A stretch of DNA of 64,000 bases from Gemmatimonadota bacterium (GCA_039586365.1 JBDHKN010000035.1:8124-72123), one strand, 5' to 3'; shown: positions 28,510-39,805, counted from the first letter of the stretch. Numbers and translations are program-made. The notes: generated from the sequence alone by a model not told the origin.

Positions 28510-30051
28510 TCAGGCCCTAAGTACCAGGACCGTCCGGTCATCTGACGCCGGGCCGGCGAACTGTGTCACCGCTTCGACGACGGCCTGCACGATCGCTGCT
28601 GCTGGCACGTTTCTGTGGGCATCGACGACATCGAGCACACCTGCCTCACCGAACATGGTTCCATCTTCGCTGGCGGCGTCGGCGATACCGTCCGAAAACA
28701 GCACCAGGAGGTCTTCACCCTGCTCCCACCTGGCCTGCGAGGCAGCTATGGCATCCCCGTCAGCCAGACCCAGGGGAGGGCTGGTAGCTCCGAGACGCTC
28801 CCGCTGGCCATCGTATGCGACTCTAAAGGCGTGGGGGTGGCCCGCGTTGGCATATCTCAGGGTCCCGCCCCGGGCGTCGATAACACCATAGAACAGCGCG
28901 AGATGCATTTCGGTCTCCGCCAACTCATTCCGAATTGAGCCCAGCAGGGCCCGGAGTGCGTCGTCGGGTGTGGTCGCTTCCGCAGCGTGGATGCCCGCAG
29001 CCGACAGGACCAAGGCCATGATCAGAGCCGACGAGAAACCGTGTGACGAAACGTCACCCAACATGACTCCAACCTGGCCCTGTTGCAGCCGCAAGAAATT
29101 GTAGAAGTCTCCGCCCACACTTTGGGCCGGCTGGCAGTGTGCTGCTGCGTCGACCTTGGGGCCGAGCACCGAGGGAGATGGCAGCAACTTGAGCTGCAGG
29201 TCGTGGGCAAGTTGCAGCTCATGGCGCAGGCGCTGCTGGTCCAGATCGCGTTCCACCAAACGGGCATTCTCAATAGCCACTGCGATCTGACTGGCAATCG
29301 CCTGAACCAGCCTTCTCTCGCCTCCGCTGAAGGAATCAGTGCCCGTGCGGTCGGTCAGGTTGATCACACCGACCGGACGCTGGCTGCCATCCGGTGCAGC
29401 ATAGATTATGGGCACGGAGAGAAATGCGGAGCCGACATAGTCACGTCCGTCAGGACACCCGGGACTGCTGGCTTGGGAGTCCCTCGGATCGAACGTGATC
29501 GTCTTCTTTTCCCGAAAGACCTGAGCCGCAATGGAACAACCATCGTCCACGGGAATCGGATCGAAGCGGGCAACGTCTTTACCAACCCACGCAACCGCTC
29601 TGAGCAAACCGGCATCCTGGTCGTGGACCAAGATCGACGCCCTGTTCGCGGCCACCCCTCGGCTCACCACCTCCACGATCTTCTGAGCTGCGTCTTCGAG
29701 CCGTATGGTTCGCCCCAGCGTCTCGCTGATCGTGTACATGAGTTCGATTTCCTCCAAGCGAGCGGCGAGGGCCTTAGCCAGTCGCAGGGTATCCCGCTCT
29801 CTGTGGAGGAGGCTCGGGAGGATCGGCGCGAGCTTGTGGAGAACTTCTTTGGAATCGCCGCGCTCAGCCACAACCTCGTACCAGTAGCCAGCCAACTCCG
29901 TCACCGGTGCCAGCGCACGATGCTCATCGAGGGGGCTGACCTGACCGTCACTTCCAACCACTATGGTCGGGGCGGATGCACCGTCGCAGCCCAATACCGG
30001 CCTGAGACGCCCCCGTCCGAAACGCCATATCAGGATGCGGCACTGTAACAA
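28510..30051 (-). CDS. GAF-domain PP2C/SpoIIE phosphatase (RsbU-like); start uncertain
   Basis: GAF domain, then VGGDFY, GDVSSHG, NAGH, FSDGI, DDRT. Confidence 0.92.
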   Translation of the reverse strand: MLQCRILIWRFGRGRLRPVLGCDGASAPTIVVGSDGQVSPLDEHRALAPVTELAGYWYEVVAERGDSKEVLHKLAPILPSLLHRERDTLRLAKALAARLEEIELMYTISETLGRTIRLEDAAQKIVEVVSRGVAANRASILVHDQDAGLLRAVAWVGKDVARFDPIPVDDGCSIAAQVFREKKTITFDPRDSQASSPGCPDGRDYVGSAFLSVPIIYAAPDGSQRPVGVINLTDRTGTDSFSGGERRLVQAIASQIAVAIENARLVERDLDQQRLRHELQLAHDLQLKLLPSPSVLGPKVDAAAHCQPAQSVGGDFYNFLRLQQGQVGVMLGDVSSHGFSSALIMALVLSAAGIHAAEATTPDDALRALLGSIRNELAETEMHLALFYGVIDARGGTLRYANAGHPHAFRVAYDGQRERLGATSPPLGLADGDAIAASQARWEQGEDLLVLFSDGIADAASEDGTMFGEAGVLDVVDAHRNVPAAAIVQAVVEAVTQFAGPASDDRTVLVLRA

Positions 30052-30086
30052 CTTGCCGAGCCCGCCGATGATGGCTTCGAGTTCGT

Positions 30087-30557
30087 CTAGGCGCAGCGCA
30101 TTATCATGCAGATTGAGTTACCTCTATCGTTGAACCGAACTTCGTCCACGAGTTGGTGAATGAGGAACAGCCCCCGCCCGTCCGGTTGCTCCACATGTTC
30201 CGGAAGAGTTGGATCGGGGATCCTCGTAGTATCGAACCCCTCTCCTTCATCCCTCACGTGCACTGACACCGACTCTTGCGTGACAATCACCCGTACGTCG
30301 ACGCGCTTGCCAGGATCCATACGATTCCCATAGACGATCGCGTTCGCGAGTGCTTCGGATAAGGCCACACGAAGCTTGAAGCGCGCCGCCCGCGGCGGCA
30401 CCCCGGCTGCCAGGCAATGGCGCGCAACGAGGTCCACCGCCTCTTCCACGATCTCGAGATCAGTCGGGACCCGAAGCGAAATCTCGATCCGACGATCCGG
30501 CGCATCCAGAGGTGGCGACTCGCTCCTCCGGACGGACAACCTGAGCGGGGCTGTCAC
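30087..30557 (-). CDS. Anti-sigma factor Ser/Thr kinase (RsbW-like)
   Basis: EALANAIVYGN, DEGEGFD, GRGLFLI HATPase motifs. Confidence 0.92.
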   Translation of the reverse strand: MTAPLRLSVRRSESPPLDAPDRRIEISLRVPTDLEIVEEAVDLVARHCLAAGVPPRAARFKLRVALSEALANAIVYGNRMDPGKRVDVRVIVTQESVSVHVRDEGEGFDTTRIPDPTLPEHVEQPDGRGLFLIHQLVDEVRFNDRGNSICMIMRCA

Positions 30558-30561
30558 TTAC

Positions 30562-30900
30562 TCAGAACGCGGACAACGCCTCTTCGAGCGAATCGCTGAT
30601 CGCGAAGAGCGCATCGAGCTTGGTGAGCTCGAAGAGCGTGTGAAGGTCGTCGTTGAGACTGGCCAGGCGTAGCTCACCGTCCACCTCACGAATCTTCTTG
30701 GACAGGGAGACCAGCACCCCCAACCCAGAAGAGTCTATGTACCCGGTTTCCGAGAAGTCGATCAAGAACTTCCGCTCACCAGCCTCGAGGGCGTCCAGCA
30801 CCTTCTGTTTGAGCTCATGGCGGTTTCCCACGATGAGCTGCCCGTCCACCCCCAACACCACGACCCCTTTGTCCTCGTCCCTGCGAAACGTGAAACTCAT
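30562..30900 (-). CDS. STAS anti-anti-sigma factor (RsbV-like)
   Basis: YIDSSGLGVL phospho-acceptor motif; GGAGG RBS before ATG 30900. Confidence 0.93.
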   Translation of the reverse strand: MSFTFRRDEDKGVVVLGVDGQLIVGNRHELKQKVLDALEAGERKFLIDFSETGYIDSSGLGVLVSLSKKIREVDGELRLASLNDDLHTLFELTKLDALFAISDSLEEALSAF

Positions 30901-30919
30901 TGAGCCCTCCAGGTTATTG

Positions 30920-31897
30920 CTAAGCCGATCCAGCCGCTTGCAGCAGGGCGACCGCGGCCACATCGACGATGTCAGACGGTGTGGCACCCCGCGACAGGTC
31001 TGCCATTGGCCGCTGCAGCCCCTGAACGATCGGCCCAATCGCCCCGGCACCAGCCAATCGCTGCACCAGTTTGTATGCTATGTTCCCGCTGTCAAGATCG
31101 GGAAACACAAGGACATTGGCCCGTCCCGCCACAGGCGACCCCGGGGCCTTCCTGTCTCCAATCTCCGGAACCAGTGCCGCATCTCCCTGAAGCTCTCCAT
31201 CACAGGGGACGTTCGGAGCGAGGCGCTTGAAATAGCCGAGGGCCTCCAAGACCTTGTCGACCCTGGGCCCACTGGAGCTACCCTTCGTACTGTAGGACAA
31301 GAATGCCACCACCGGTGAATCCCCCACTACGAGCGCCCTGTCGCGAGCGGCCGCCCATGCGATTTCCGCCAGCTGCTCTGCGGTTGGATCGGGCACGACC
31401 CCGGCGTCCGTGAAGGTCAGCACGATGTCTCCAGCACCCTCAGCCCCACGTGTCCCCCGACAGAATTCGTAGTACGGTGTGCCAGGTGGCAGGACCATGT
31501 AGAACGAACTGCTTACGGTCTTGACACCCGAGGCCGGTCCAATCGCCCACAGTCCAGCTCTAATCACGTCCGCAGTAGGGCACGTGGCCCCGGCGACAGC
31601 GGCATCCACCTCCCCCAGAGCAACGAGACCGGCTGCAAGCCGTATCGGGTCGTTCGCCAGTTCCAGGGCCTGCTCCATGTCTCGGACTTTGTCTGGTTTG
31701 CGGGCCAACAGCAGCTCCGCCACTCGTGCAAGCCGAAGGTCCCCGCTCGTAGACCTATCGAGAACGATCACCTCGGCGATGCCGTGACGTTCGATTTCCG
31801 CCGCAGCAGTGCGAATCCGCTCGTCCCAGCCCTCCGCCAGAACCACCTTGCCGCTGGTGGCGGCTGCCCTCTGACGGAGGGTCTCTCTAAAAGTCAC
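30920..31897 (-). CDS. pta: Phosphate acetyltransferase
   Basis: [40 protein letters not shown]. Confidence 0.94.
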   Translation of the reverse strand: MTFRETLRQRAAATSGKVVLAEGWDERIRTAAAEIERHGIAEVIVLDRSTSGDLRLARVAELLLARKPDKVRDMEQALELANDPIRLAAGLVALGEVDAAVAGATCPTADVIRAGLWAIGPASGVKTVSSSFYMVLPPGTPYYEFCRGTRGAEGAGDIVLTFTDAGVVPDPTAEQLAEIAWAAARDRALVVGDSPVVAFLSYSTKGSSSGPRVDKVLEALGYFKRLAPNVPCDGELQGDAALVPEIGDRKAPGSPVAGRANVLVFPDLDSGNIAYKLVQRLAGAGAIGPIVQGLQRPMADLSRGATPSDIVDVAAVALLQAAGSA

Positions 31898-32376
31898 GCT
31901 CTAAAACGCTCCCGCAGAGCTCGCTCGACCACCGGGTGCACAAGCTCACTCACGTCACCACCCAAGCTGGCAACTTCGCGGACCAGGCTGGAGCTGAGGA
32001 AGGTGAGATCTACCGCCGGCATCAAGAAGACGGTCTCCAATTCGCTGTGAAGTCGCCGATTCATCAACGCCATCTGGAGCTCAAACTCGAAATCACTCAC
32101 GGCCCGCAATCCGCGGATCACAAGCCGAGCGTCGTTCGTTCGCGCGTAGTCCGCCAACAGTCCGTCGAACGAACGGACCTGGACACCTTCCATCGCACCA
32201 AATACCTCTTGCAGCAAACGGAGCCGCTCCTCCAGGGTGAATAGCGGTGCTTTCGACAGGTTCACAGCTACGGCGACAATGATGCGATCCGCGAAAAGCA
32301 GACTTCGACGCACGATGTCTTCGTGTCCCCGCGTCACGGGGTCGAAGGAGCCAGGGTAGATAGCAGTCCGTGTCAT
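31894..32376 (-). CDS. coaD: Pantetheine-phosphate adenylyltransferase
   Basis: [31 protein letters not shown]. Confidence 0.97.
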   Translation of the reverse strand: MTRTAIYPGSFDPVTRGHEDIVRRSLLFADRIIVAVAVNLSKAPLFTLEERLRLLQEVFGAMEGVQVRSFDGLLADYARTNDARLVIRGLRAVSDFEFELQMALMNRRLHSELETVFLMPAVDLTFLSSSLVREVASLGGDVSELVHPVVERALRERFRA

Positions 32377-32548
32377 GCAATCCGTACTGAGCAGTTAGAA
32401 TCGGTTCGATCGGCACCTGTATGTTGTTGTGCCCCGTCGCCTTGGGCAACCCTTACATGCGCATGTGCTACCACCCACGTAGCCTCGCTAACATGACACG
32501 AGCCAACCGAGGCACACCTGGCCGTCCGGTGCAAGCAGTATCCAACGT

Positions 32549-33064
32549 TCAATGTTCGTAGCAGAAGGTCACGGCGACATCTCCGTATCGCCGGGTCTCA
32601 TCCCCGTGGCACTTCAGTGCGGCTGAGTGTTCCACACTCAACACGTTGGTAAAGGGGCGGGCATGGAACTGCGTCAGGAGGCGAAGAGCTTGATCAGTGG
32701 AATATGGCGGGTCTGCCAACACGATATCATAAGATCCCCCTCCTAGCCGTCCGACAAAACGAAGAGCGTCACCGCGGTAGATCCGTGTTACTGCGCTGAC
32801 CCCGAGAACCGCCACGTTCGAGCGTATTGTTCTCACACAATCGGCTGACAGATCGACGAAATCCGCCTGCACAGCACCTCGAGACAGAGCCTCCAGCCCC
32901 AGCACGCCCGATCCAGCGAACAGATCCAGCACACGTGCGCCGGGCAGTGATGGAGCGAGAATGCTGAGCCAAGCCTCGCGGACTCGTTCGGTCGTGACCC
33001 TGACTCTGCGATCGCTGGGTCGTTTGAGCCTGCGACCTTTGAACTGGCCGGCAACTATCCTCAC
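32549..33064 (-). CDS. rsmD: 16S rRNA m2G966 methyltransferase
   Basis: VRIVAG, LDLFAGSG, EALSRG, DPPY; GTG overlaps the recJ stop. Confidence 0.93.
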   Translation of the reverse strand: MRIVAGQFKGRRLKRPSDRRVRVTTERVREAWLSILAPSLPGARVLDLFAGSGVLGLEALSRGAVQADFVDLSADCVRTIRSNVAVLGVSAVTRIYRGDALRFVGRLGGGSYDIVLADPPYSTDQALRLLTQFHARPFTNVLSVEHSAALKCHGDETRRYGDVAVTFCYEH

Positions 33065-34770
33065 TAATCCGCCGGCTTGATTTGGACAACTCGTGCTTGC
33101 AGAGTACTTCGGCCGCGCCACTCGTGCCGATCGAGCCGCAACGCTACGTCGACGGGCCTATGCCACCAACCCTGCTCGACCCTGTCCGCCCAGTCGAACC
33201 CGATTGCCGGCAGCTTCCCCGAGTCGTCTTCCAATGTGAACTTGAGGTGATTCGATCCCACCGTCTCAGGCGTCCTGGCGAAGGCACGTTCAACACCCAG
33301 GATCGGAGCAGGGTTTCCAGGACCGAAAGGTTCCAGGTGCCGTATGAGGCGTTCTAGCTCGGCGTCGAACGACGAGACGTTGCCAACTATGTCGACCCGC
33401 TGGGTGGGTATCAGGTCTTCTGCAGACAGTTCTTGAGCGGCAACCTGGTTGAATACAGCACGAAACGGCTCCAAGCGATCTCGTCTGAGTGTCAGGCCAG
33501 CTGCCGCACGATGCCCGCCCCACCGATCAAGGTGCTCGGCGCTGCGCCCCAATGCGTCGTGCAAATCGAAGCCCGGGATGCTCCGCCCTGATCCTCTCCC
33601 CTCACTCCCTTCCAGGGCCACGAGTATGGTGGGCCGATGGTAGCGTTCTACGATTCTGGAAGCCACGATGCCTATCACGCCCGGATGCCATCCCTCCCGC
33701 GCCAGTACAAGCCCACGCGAGCTTTCCAGATCAACGGTGCACTCGATGTCTTCGATGGCCTCCGCCAGTATCCTCTCGTCTAGCTCCTGCCGCCGAGCGT
33801 TGATAGTATCGAGTGAACGCGCGAGGTCATGTGCAGTGTGCTCGTCGTCGGTCAGCAGGAGACGAAGACCGTCCATAGCATCGCCAATCCGACCAGCCGC
33901 ATTCAACCGGGGGCCCAAGACGAATCCAACCTGCCCTGCCCGAATCGGTTTGCCGGCGAGCCCTGTCACCTCAAGCAGTGCACGGAGACCCGGCCAGCGG
34001 GTTTGTTCCATCATCTTGAGACCGAATCGTACCAGTGTACGATTCTCGCCGACCAGGGGCACGATGTCCGCTACGGTAGCCATCGCGACCAAGTCGAGCA
34101 CATGTAGCGGCGCGTTCTCAGCCAGGCCCAGTTCCATACAGACAGCCTGTGCCAACTTGAATGCAACTCCGGCACCGCAGAGTTCCTTGCTGAGAGAAGC
34201 ACAGTCTTCGCGTCGCGGATTGACGACCGCATCGGCAGGAGGAAGCTCGCCCGGTAGATGGTGATCCGTTACAACCACCGCCAGTCCAGCTTCCCTCGCC
34301 CGGGTCACCGTCTCATGGGCTGTAACGCCGCAGTCACAGGTAACCACCAAAGACGCACCGTTTTCAATGGCCGCTCTCAATCCGGCGGGCCCGAAGTCGT
34401 ACCCATCGCGCAGCCGGTGTGGAACAAACGGAATCACCTCCGCACCCGCCAGGCGAAGTATCCGAGTTAGTAGTGCGGCAGCGCACTGGCCGTCTACATC
34501 GTAGTCACCGTGTACGAATATGCTCCGTCCCGCGCGCACCGTGTCGGCAATCAGCCTGGCAGCCTGCTGCATGTCCTTGAGGAGATACGGGTCACTCAGG
34601 CCACCGAGCGAGGGCCTCAGGAACACTTTGGCTTCCTGGGGAGAAGTGAATCCCCGCTGTATCAAGAGGGCGGCCAACGTCGGCGGCAGGTTCAGGACGG
34701 TAGCTAGCGACCGGACTTCTGTCAGGTCCGCGGGTGGCACAATCTCCCAACGGGAATATCTCCGCATCAT
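33064..34770 (-). CDS. recJ: Single-stranded DNA exonuclease RecJ
   Basis: GDYDVDG, TCDCG, TDHH, PRLNAAGR, GSGRS, GGH. Confidence 0.97.
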   Translation of the reverse strand: MMRRYSRWEIVPPADLTEVRSLATVLNLPPTLAALLIQRGFTSPQEAKVFLRPSLGGLSDPYLLKDMQQAARLIADTVRAGRSIFVHGDYDVDGQCAAALLTRILRLAGAEVIPFVPHRLRDGYDFGPAGLRAAIENGASLVVTCDCGVTAHETVTRAREAGLAVVVTDHHLPGELPPADAVVNPRREDCASLSKELCGAGVAFKLAQAVCMELGLAENAPLHVLDLVAMATVADIVPLVGENRTLVRFGLKMMEQTRWPGLRALLEVTGLAGKPIRAGQVGFVLGPRLNAAGRIGDAMDGLRLLLTDDEHTAHDLARSLDTINARRQELDERILAEAIEDIECTVDLESSRGLVLAREGWHPGVIGIVASRIVERYHRPTILVALEGSEGRGSGRSIPGFDLHDALGRSAEHLDRWGGHRAAAGLTLRRDRLEPFRAVFNQVAAQELSAEDLIPTQRVDIVGNVSSFDAELERLIRHLEPFGPGNPAPILGVERAFARTPETVGSNHLKFTLEDDSGKLPAIGFDWADRVEQGWWHRPVDVALRLDRHEWRGRSTLQARVVQIKPAD

Positions 34771-35486
34771 TCGTGGTCTGCGTTGTACACCAGCACTCCG
34801 CACGCTTCACACGGCTCAACAGACTGCCCTGCTTGGATCTGTTGACGCCGATGGAGGGGGACGGACGTAAAGCAGTGACCACAGGCTCCGCCTCGCAACG
34901 GGTAAAGCGCTTGAGGAGCTCTGCCACGCAGGATCTTCTGATAGAGATCCAACAGATCGGGGCCAATCTGCTTGGCGGCTTCGTCTCGCTCCCTCCTCGC
35001 CTGCGCCAATTCAGCCTCGAGTTCGCTGGTTCGAGCAGCCAGCTCTTGCCTGGTCGGCTCCTGCGTTTCTCTCGTCTCCTGGACCTCTCGCTGCATCTCA
35101 GCGAGCCTGTGCTCTGCCTCCTGCACCTTGTCCGCTGAACGAATCCACTCGGCTTCCTCTTTCGCCAGCACGGTGCGAGCTAGGTCCAGCTCGGCCATGA
35201 TGGTCGCGGCTTCCTTCGCTCCCCTCACCCACTCGAGTTTCTGCCGGCGCCGCTCCTGCATGACGCGATAGCTCTCGATTCTTTCTTCCAGTTCGGCCCT
35301 GCGGACTTCTGCATCTCCGGCGTCCTTCTGGGCCAGCGCCAGTTGCTCTTCAGCCTGCGCCAGGGCAGTATCGAGTACCTCGATCTCCGGCTGGAGTGCA
35401 TTGAGTTGCTCTTCCACCATCATCACGGCTCGATCTTTCTCCTGCAGATTCAACAAGACCGCCAAATCAACCTGCACCTGTGTCAC
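34767..35486 (-). CDS. Coiled-coil protein with C4 zinc ribbon (DUF164/CT398-like)
   Basis: Long coiled coil, then CGHC...CEACG. Confidence 0.88.
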   Translation of the reverse strand: MTQVQVDLAVLLNLQEKDRAVMMVEEQLNALQPEIEVLDTALAQAEEQLALAQKDAGDAEVRRAELEERIESYRVMQERRRQKLEWVRGAKEAATIMAELDLARTVLAKEEAEWIRSADKVQEAEHRLAEMQREVQETRETQEPTRQELAARTSELEAELAQARRERDEAAKQIGPDLLDLYQKILRGRAPQALYPLRGGACGHCFTSVPLHRRQQIQAGQSVEPCEACGVLVYNADHE

Positions 35487-37263
35487 CTCCTCGACGAATC
35501 ACATTCCATTCGGATGTATTCAACTTCCGCGACTCTCGACTGAGCGCGGTCTTTTCTTCGAGCAGCCTGATCTTCTCGTCCTCGGCAGCTACGGCGATCT
35601 CCCGCGAGACCGCACGTTTCCTTTCCCGAAGAGGACGATTTTCCAAGCGGTTGAGTGCTCCCTCAACAATCGCGTCCACGTTCCCTTCACCGAGTCCTTG
35701 ATCGATCAGCCCCGCAACCAGCATTCGTTTGTTCCCTTCAGTGAAGCTCAGGAACTCGTGCGCTCTGGTGTCCGGTTCAGCACCCGCCACCAACTGTATC
35801 AACTCACCCTCCGGTTGATGCAGCGAACCTGTTTCGGGTACGAGGTCCCCAATCCGCTGGCGCCACTCCGGCGCGTGCAGCATGACACGCAGCAGTTCTC
35901 GTTCGGGTATCGCACGAGCGCTGGACGGGGTGGAGTCTGCCCGAGCTGCGCTTGCACGGCTGGTAGCGCTGACTGGACCGGAGCCACGGCGTCCTGTTTC
36001 TGCCTCCCGGCGAACCGACTCCCCGGATACACCCAACGCCTCAGCCGTGCGGCTCACGTATAGATCACGCGTAACCGGATCGGCAGCAGCGCGGATAGTG
36101 GGTACGATCCGGTCGAGGGCCTTGCGGCGCCCCGACAGCGTGCCCAGCCACCCTTTGCGTTCCAGTAGCTGTAACTTCCGTTCGAGCACGTCGATGGCAT
36201 CTTCCATGAGCTGCCGAATCACAGCCGCACCGCCTTGCTGAGCCAGGGTGTCGGGATCCTGTCCCAACGGAAGAGTTGCTATGGATACCCTCAATGAGGC
36301 CCGCAGGAACTCGTCGGCAGCCCGGAACGTCGCCCGCAAACCGGCTGGGTCACTGTCATACAGGAGCGTTACGTTCTTGGTGTACCGCTTGAGGACGTTA
36401 GCCTGATGTTCCGTGAGCGAGGTGCCCAAAGGGGCGACGACCTCCTCGATCCCCGCCTCTACGAGTCGCAGAACATCGAAATAACCTTCTACGATAACCG
36501 CCCGCTCTGCCCTACGAATCGCGTGCTTCGCTTCGTGCAGGTTGTAGAGTAGTCGGCCCTTGTGGAATAGCTGCGATTCGGGTGAGTTGAGATACTTCGG
36601 TTCGCCCTCACCGAGTACCCGTCCGCCGAACCCCACAATACGGCCACGCAGGTCGTGGATGGGGAACAGCAATCGGTTCCAGAACCGGGGGCGTATGCTA
36701 CCGTCCTCCCGCTTCACGGTGAGGCCCGCCTGCAGCAGGATCTCTCCGGTCACGCCGAGAGTCTTCATCGCGTCCAGGAACTCATTGCCTTTGGGCGAAT
36801 AGCCCAAGCCCAGGGGGCCAGCCTTTTCCAATGGGACGCCTCGCTGCTCCAGATAGGTCCTCGCCGGACCAGCATCGTCCGCCTCGAGCAGCCTCCGGGT
36901 GAACCACTCCCCAGCCACTGACACTGCCGAGAACAGCGGCTCACGCGGGTCTGGTCCGCCGGTGGGCCGGTCAGGAATCGAGATACCACAGCGGCGCGCC
37001 ACCTCCCTGACTGCCGTGGGATACTCCATACCAAGACGCTTCATGAAGAAAGTGAAGACGTCTCCCGCCTCATGGCACACGAAGCAGTAGAACATCTGCT
37101 TTCTCGGAATCACCGCGAAGTTGCGGTGTTTGCCGCCATGAAACGGACAAGGACCACGATAGTCCGTGCCGGTGCGCTTGAGCTCGACGTGTTCGCCGAT
37201 GATCTCGACAATATCGGCGGTGTCGCGCACTCTCTCTACGAGTTCGTCAGGTATGCTGCTCAA
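35467..37263 (-). CDS. dnaG: DNA primase
   Basis: CPFH...CFVC zinc finger, FGGR, KYLNSPE, VEGYFD, YDSDPAG. Confidence 0.97.
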   Translation of the reverse strand: MSSIPDELVERVRDTADIVEIIGEHVELKRTGTDYRGPCPFHGGKHRNFAVIPRKQMFYCFVCHEAGDVFTFFMKRLGMEYPTAVREVARRCGISIPDRPTGGPDPREPLFSAVSVAGEWFTRRLLEADDAGPARTYLEQRGVPLEKAGPLGLGYSPKGNEFLDAMKTLGVTGEILLQAGLTVKREDGSIRPRFWNRLLFPIHDLRGRIVGFGGRVLGEGEPKYLNSPESQLFHKGRLLYNLHEAKHAIRRAERAVIVEGYFDVLRLVEAGIEEVVAPLGTSLTEHQANVLKRYTKNVTLLYDSDPAGLRATFRAADEFLRASLRVSIATLPLGQDPDTLAQQGGAAVIRQLMEDAIDVLERKLQLLERKGWLGTLSGRRKALDRIVPTIRAAADPVTRDLYVSRTAEALGVSGESVRREAETGRRGSGPVSATSRASAARADSTPSSARAIPERELLRVMLHAPEWRQRIGDLVPETGSLHQPEGELIQLVAGAEPDTRAHEFLSFTEGNKRMLVAGLIDQGLGEGNVDAIVEGALNRLENRPLRERKRAVSREIAVAAEDEKIRLLEEKTALSRESRKLNTSEWNVIRRGGDTGAG

Positions 37264-39668
37264 GAGATGAACTCCACCACTGTGACACCGCTGCCGCCCT
37301 GCTCTGCCGGCGCCAGTGTGAACCTCTTCACGCGGCCATCCCGCTGCAAAACCTCTCCCACCCGCGCCCTCAACACTCCTGTACCCTTGCCGTGGATGAT
37401 CCTCAACCAGGGGAGGTCATCAGCCACCGCGTAATCGAGCGCGAGTATCACTGCCGCCTCCGCTTCGTCTCCCGTCATGCCCCGGATGTCAATGTCGGAG
37501 GTGGCCGCAGGGACTTCGGGTTGGCGCATCATCGGACGGGATCGTTCGGGGGGCGAGGATACGGGACCGGTATCGGACGTTGACGGCGGCACCTCCTGGA
37601 TCTTCCCTTTGGCGCGATGCTCGGCCCGGATACCACCCGACCTAGCTAACTGCTCCCCACTCGCCGTCACTCTCCATCCCTTCTTCGCCAACTGTTCCAG
37701 TTGTTTCAGCGCCTCCCCTTCCTCCTTCACTCCCGCTTCCACCAACCGGCGCGCTTCCTTTGCTGCCTTCTCTGTCGCTGCAGTGCGGGCGAGCCCCAGC
37801 GCCTCTTCAACACGACGCCGAGCCTGGAGCAGGAACTGGCGGGCTTGTTCTCTCCCATCTCGCTCGAGTTGACGCTCCTGCTCGCGGAGTCGCTGCTCCC
37901 TCCCCTCGAGAGACTCGCTGAAAACCGTGTTGTCGCGACGGAGTCTCTCGAGACGAGCCGCCTCAGCTGCCAACTCTTCCGCTTGGCCAGAGAGCTCGAC
38001 TTCCTTTCGCTCCAAGTCGGCAAGTATGGCGTCGAGCGACCGAGCTTGTTCTGGCAGGAGCGCCTCGGCGCGTTCAAGCACCTCCACCGGCAAACCCAAT
38101 CGACGGGCTATTGCCAAGCCAAACGAACGGCCAGGCTGGTCTTTGACGAAGCGGTACGTGGGCGCGAGCGTCTCCATATCAAACTGTAGCGAGCCGTTCA
38201 CAATTCCTGCTGTCCGAGCTGCGAGATCTTTGAGGTCGCTCAAGTGAGTGGTTGCGATCGTAGTGCTACCACGGTCGTTTAGTGAAAGCAGCGTTGCACC
38301 TGCCAGCGCAGCTCCCTCCACCGGATCGGTGCCACCCCCCACTTCATCTAGCAACACCAAGGACCGGGAGTCTGCCGTGACAAGCACCTGCTTGATCTCG
38401 GCGACATGGGCGCTGAAGGTCGACAAGCTAGCCGCAATGGACTGGTGATCCCCAATGTCGACGAAGAAGTGATGAAACACAGGTAACACGGTACCCGGAC
38501 CCACGGGAGGGATGATCCCCGACTGCGCAAACGCGCTCAGGAGTCCCATAGCCTTGAGCAGCACGGTCTTGCCGCCCGCGTTGGGACCGCTGACCAGTAA
38601 CGTGCGTTCGTTATCTGCCAATTGCAGCTCGAACGGAACCGGTTGTGACGACTCCGCCCGCAGCAACGGATGTACACCTCGAGACACCTTCAGTTCGGAC
38701 GGAGGTTCAACCATCGTCGGTGTGGTACCGTCCATCTCCACCGCGTAGCGGGCGCGGGCGTAGGTATCATCCACGCGCTCGCACATCAACAGGCCACGAG
38801 CCAGCTCGCCACCGTGGGGCCGCAGACGCCCGGTCAGCTCACGCAGTACTGCCAGCACAGCTCGAGCTTCCTGTGCCTCCCACGCATTCAACTCGTTGCC
38901 TAACTCTACCGCTTCGGGCGGCTCGACGAAGAGCGTCGCGCCGGAACTCGACTCTTCATGCACGATCCCTCTGACCCTGTTGCGGTCGTCGCGCCGGACT
39001 GGGATGACGTAGCGTCCCCCCCTTACCGTCACCTCCGCTCCGCTCACTTCCTGCCCGTACCGTCGCAGCTGCTGCTCCAAGAAAGCGACCAGCCTCGACC
39101 GGGTCTCTCTTACGCGCCGGCGGGCCTTGGCAAGCTCCGGTGACGCCTCGTCTTTCACCCGTCCATCCGGATCCAACGATCGGGCTATCGCGGCCGCAAT
39201 CTCTGCAGGAGGTACTTCCACCGCAAACGCAGCGACACGCGGTGCGTCGGGCGCGATGCGAAGCAGGCTGCCGCGGACTGTGCGCATGCCTTCGATGGCC
39301 GACCCAACCGCGTTCAACTCCTCGGGCTCGAGAACGTTCCCGGGAACTGCGAGTTTCTCAACCACAGACGTGAGGTCCTGAACTGCTTCCGGCCTGAAGG
39401 GGTCGCCTGAATCCAGCAGGCGCTGCAGCTCGGCCACGGTGGCGAGTTCAGCTTCGATCCACTCCAAATACCGCTGGGGGACCCGCCTGCGGACCGACGC
39501 AGCTCCCAATTCCGAAACGGCATACCGGGCAACGGTTTCCAGCGCTGTCGTGAACTCCAGTTCTGCCAGAACTGCAGTCGTGGCCGATGCTGGAAAAGCG
39601 GAAGGGGTGCTGACAACCACAGTCGCCAACACCCCTGGTCGCTCTTCGGCCGGGCCCCTGTCTGTCAT
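37260..39668 (-). CDS. mutS2: Endonuclease MutS2
   Basis: SGPNAGGKT, SLSTFSAH, DEVGGGTDP, TTH; C-terminal Smr domain IIHGKGTG. Confidence 0.95.
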   Translation of the reverse strand: MTDRGPAEERPGVLATVVVSTPSAFPASATTAVLAELEFTTALETVARYAVSELGAASVRRRVPQRYLEWIEAELATVAELQRLLDSGDPFRPEAVQDLTSVVEKLAVPGNVLEPEELNAVGSAIEGMRTVRGSLLRIAPDAPRVAAFAVEVPPAEIAAAIARSLDPDGRVKDEASPELAKARRRVRETRSRLVAFLEQQLRRYGQEVSGAEVTVRGGRYVIPVRRDDRNRVRGIVHEESSSGATLFVEPPEAVELGNELNAWEAQEARAVLAVLRELTGRLRPHGGELARGLLMCERVDDTYARARYAVEMDGTTPTMVEPPSELKVSRGVHPLLRAESSQPVPFELQLADNERTLLVSGPNAGGKTVLLKAMGLLSAFAQSGIIPPVGPGTVLPVFHHFFVDIGDHQSIAASLSTFSAHVAEIKQVLVTADSRSLVLLDEVGGGTDPVEGAALAGATLLSLNDRGSTTIATTHLSDLKDLAARTAGIVNGSLQFDMETLAPTYRFVKDQPGRSFGLAIARRLGLPVEVLERAEALLPEQARSLDAILADLERKEVELSGQAEELAAEAARLERLRRDNTVFSESLEGREQRLREQERQLERDGREQARQFLLQARRRVEEALGLARTAATEKAAKEARRLVEAGVKEEGEALKQLEQLAKKGWRVTASGEQLARSGGIRAEHRAKGKIQEVPPSTSDTGPVSSPPERSRPMMRQPEVPAATSDIDIRGMTGDEAEAAVILALDYAVADDLPWLRIIHGKGTGVLRARVGEVLQRDGRVKRFTLAPAEQGGSGVTVVEFIS

Positions 39669-39805
39669 ACGAAGCAGCCGTAATGCACCGTGCATACCAA
39701 GCGGCGTGTACTCGACCTGCGAGTCATACCTGCTAAGTGAGTCTGGAACACTTCGAACTGAACGACCGGAGAGCTAATGCGCCTACTCACTCCTAGGAGG
39801 ATACA

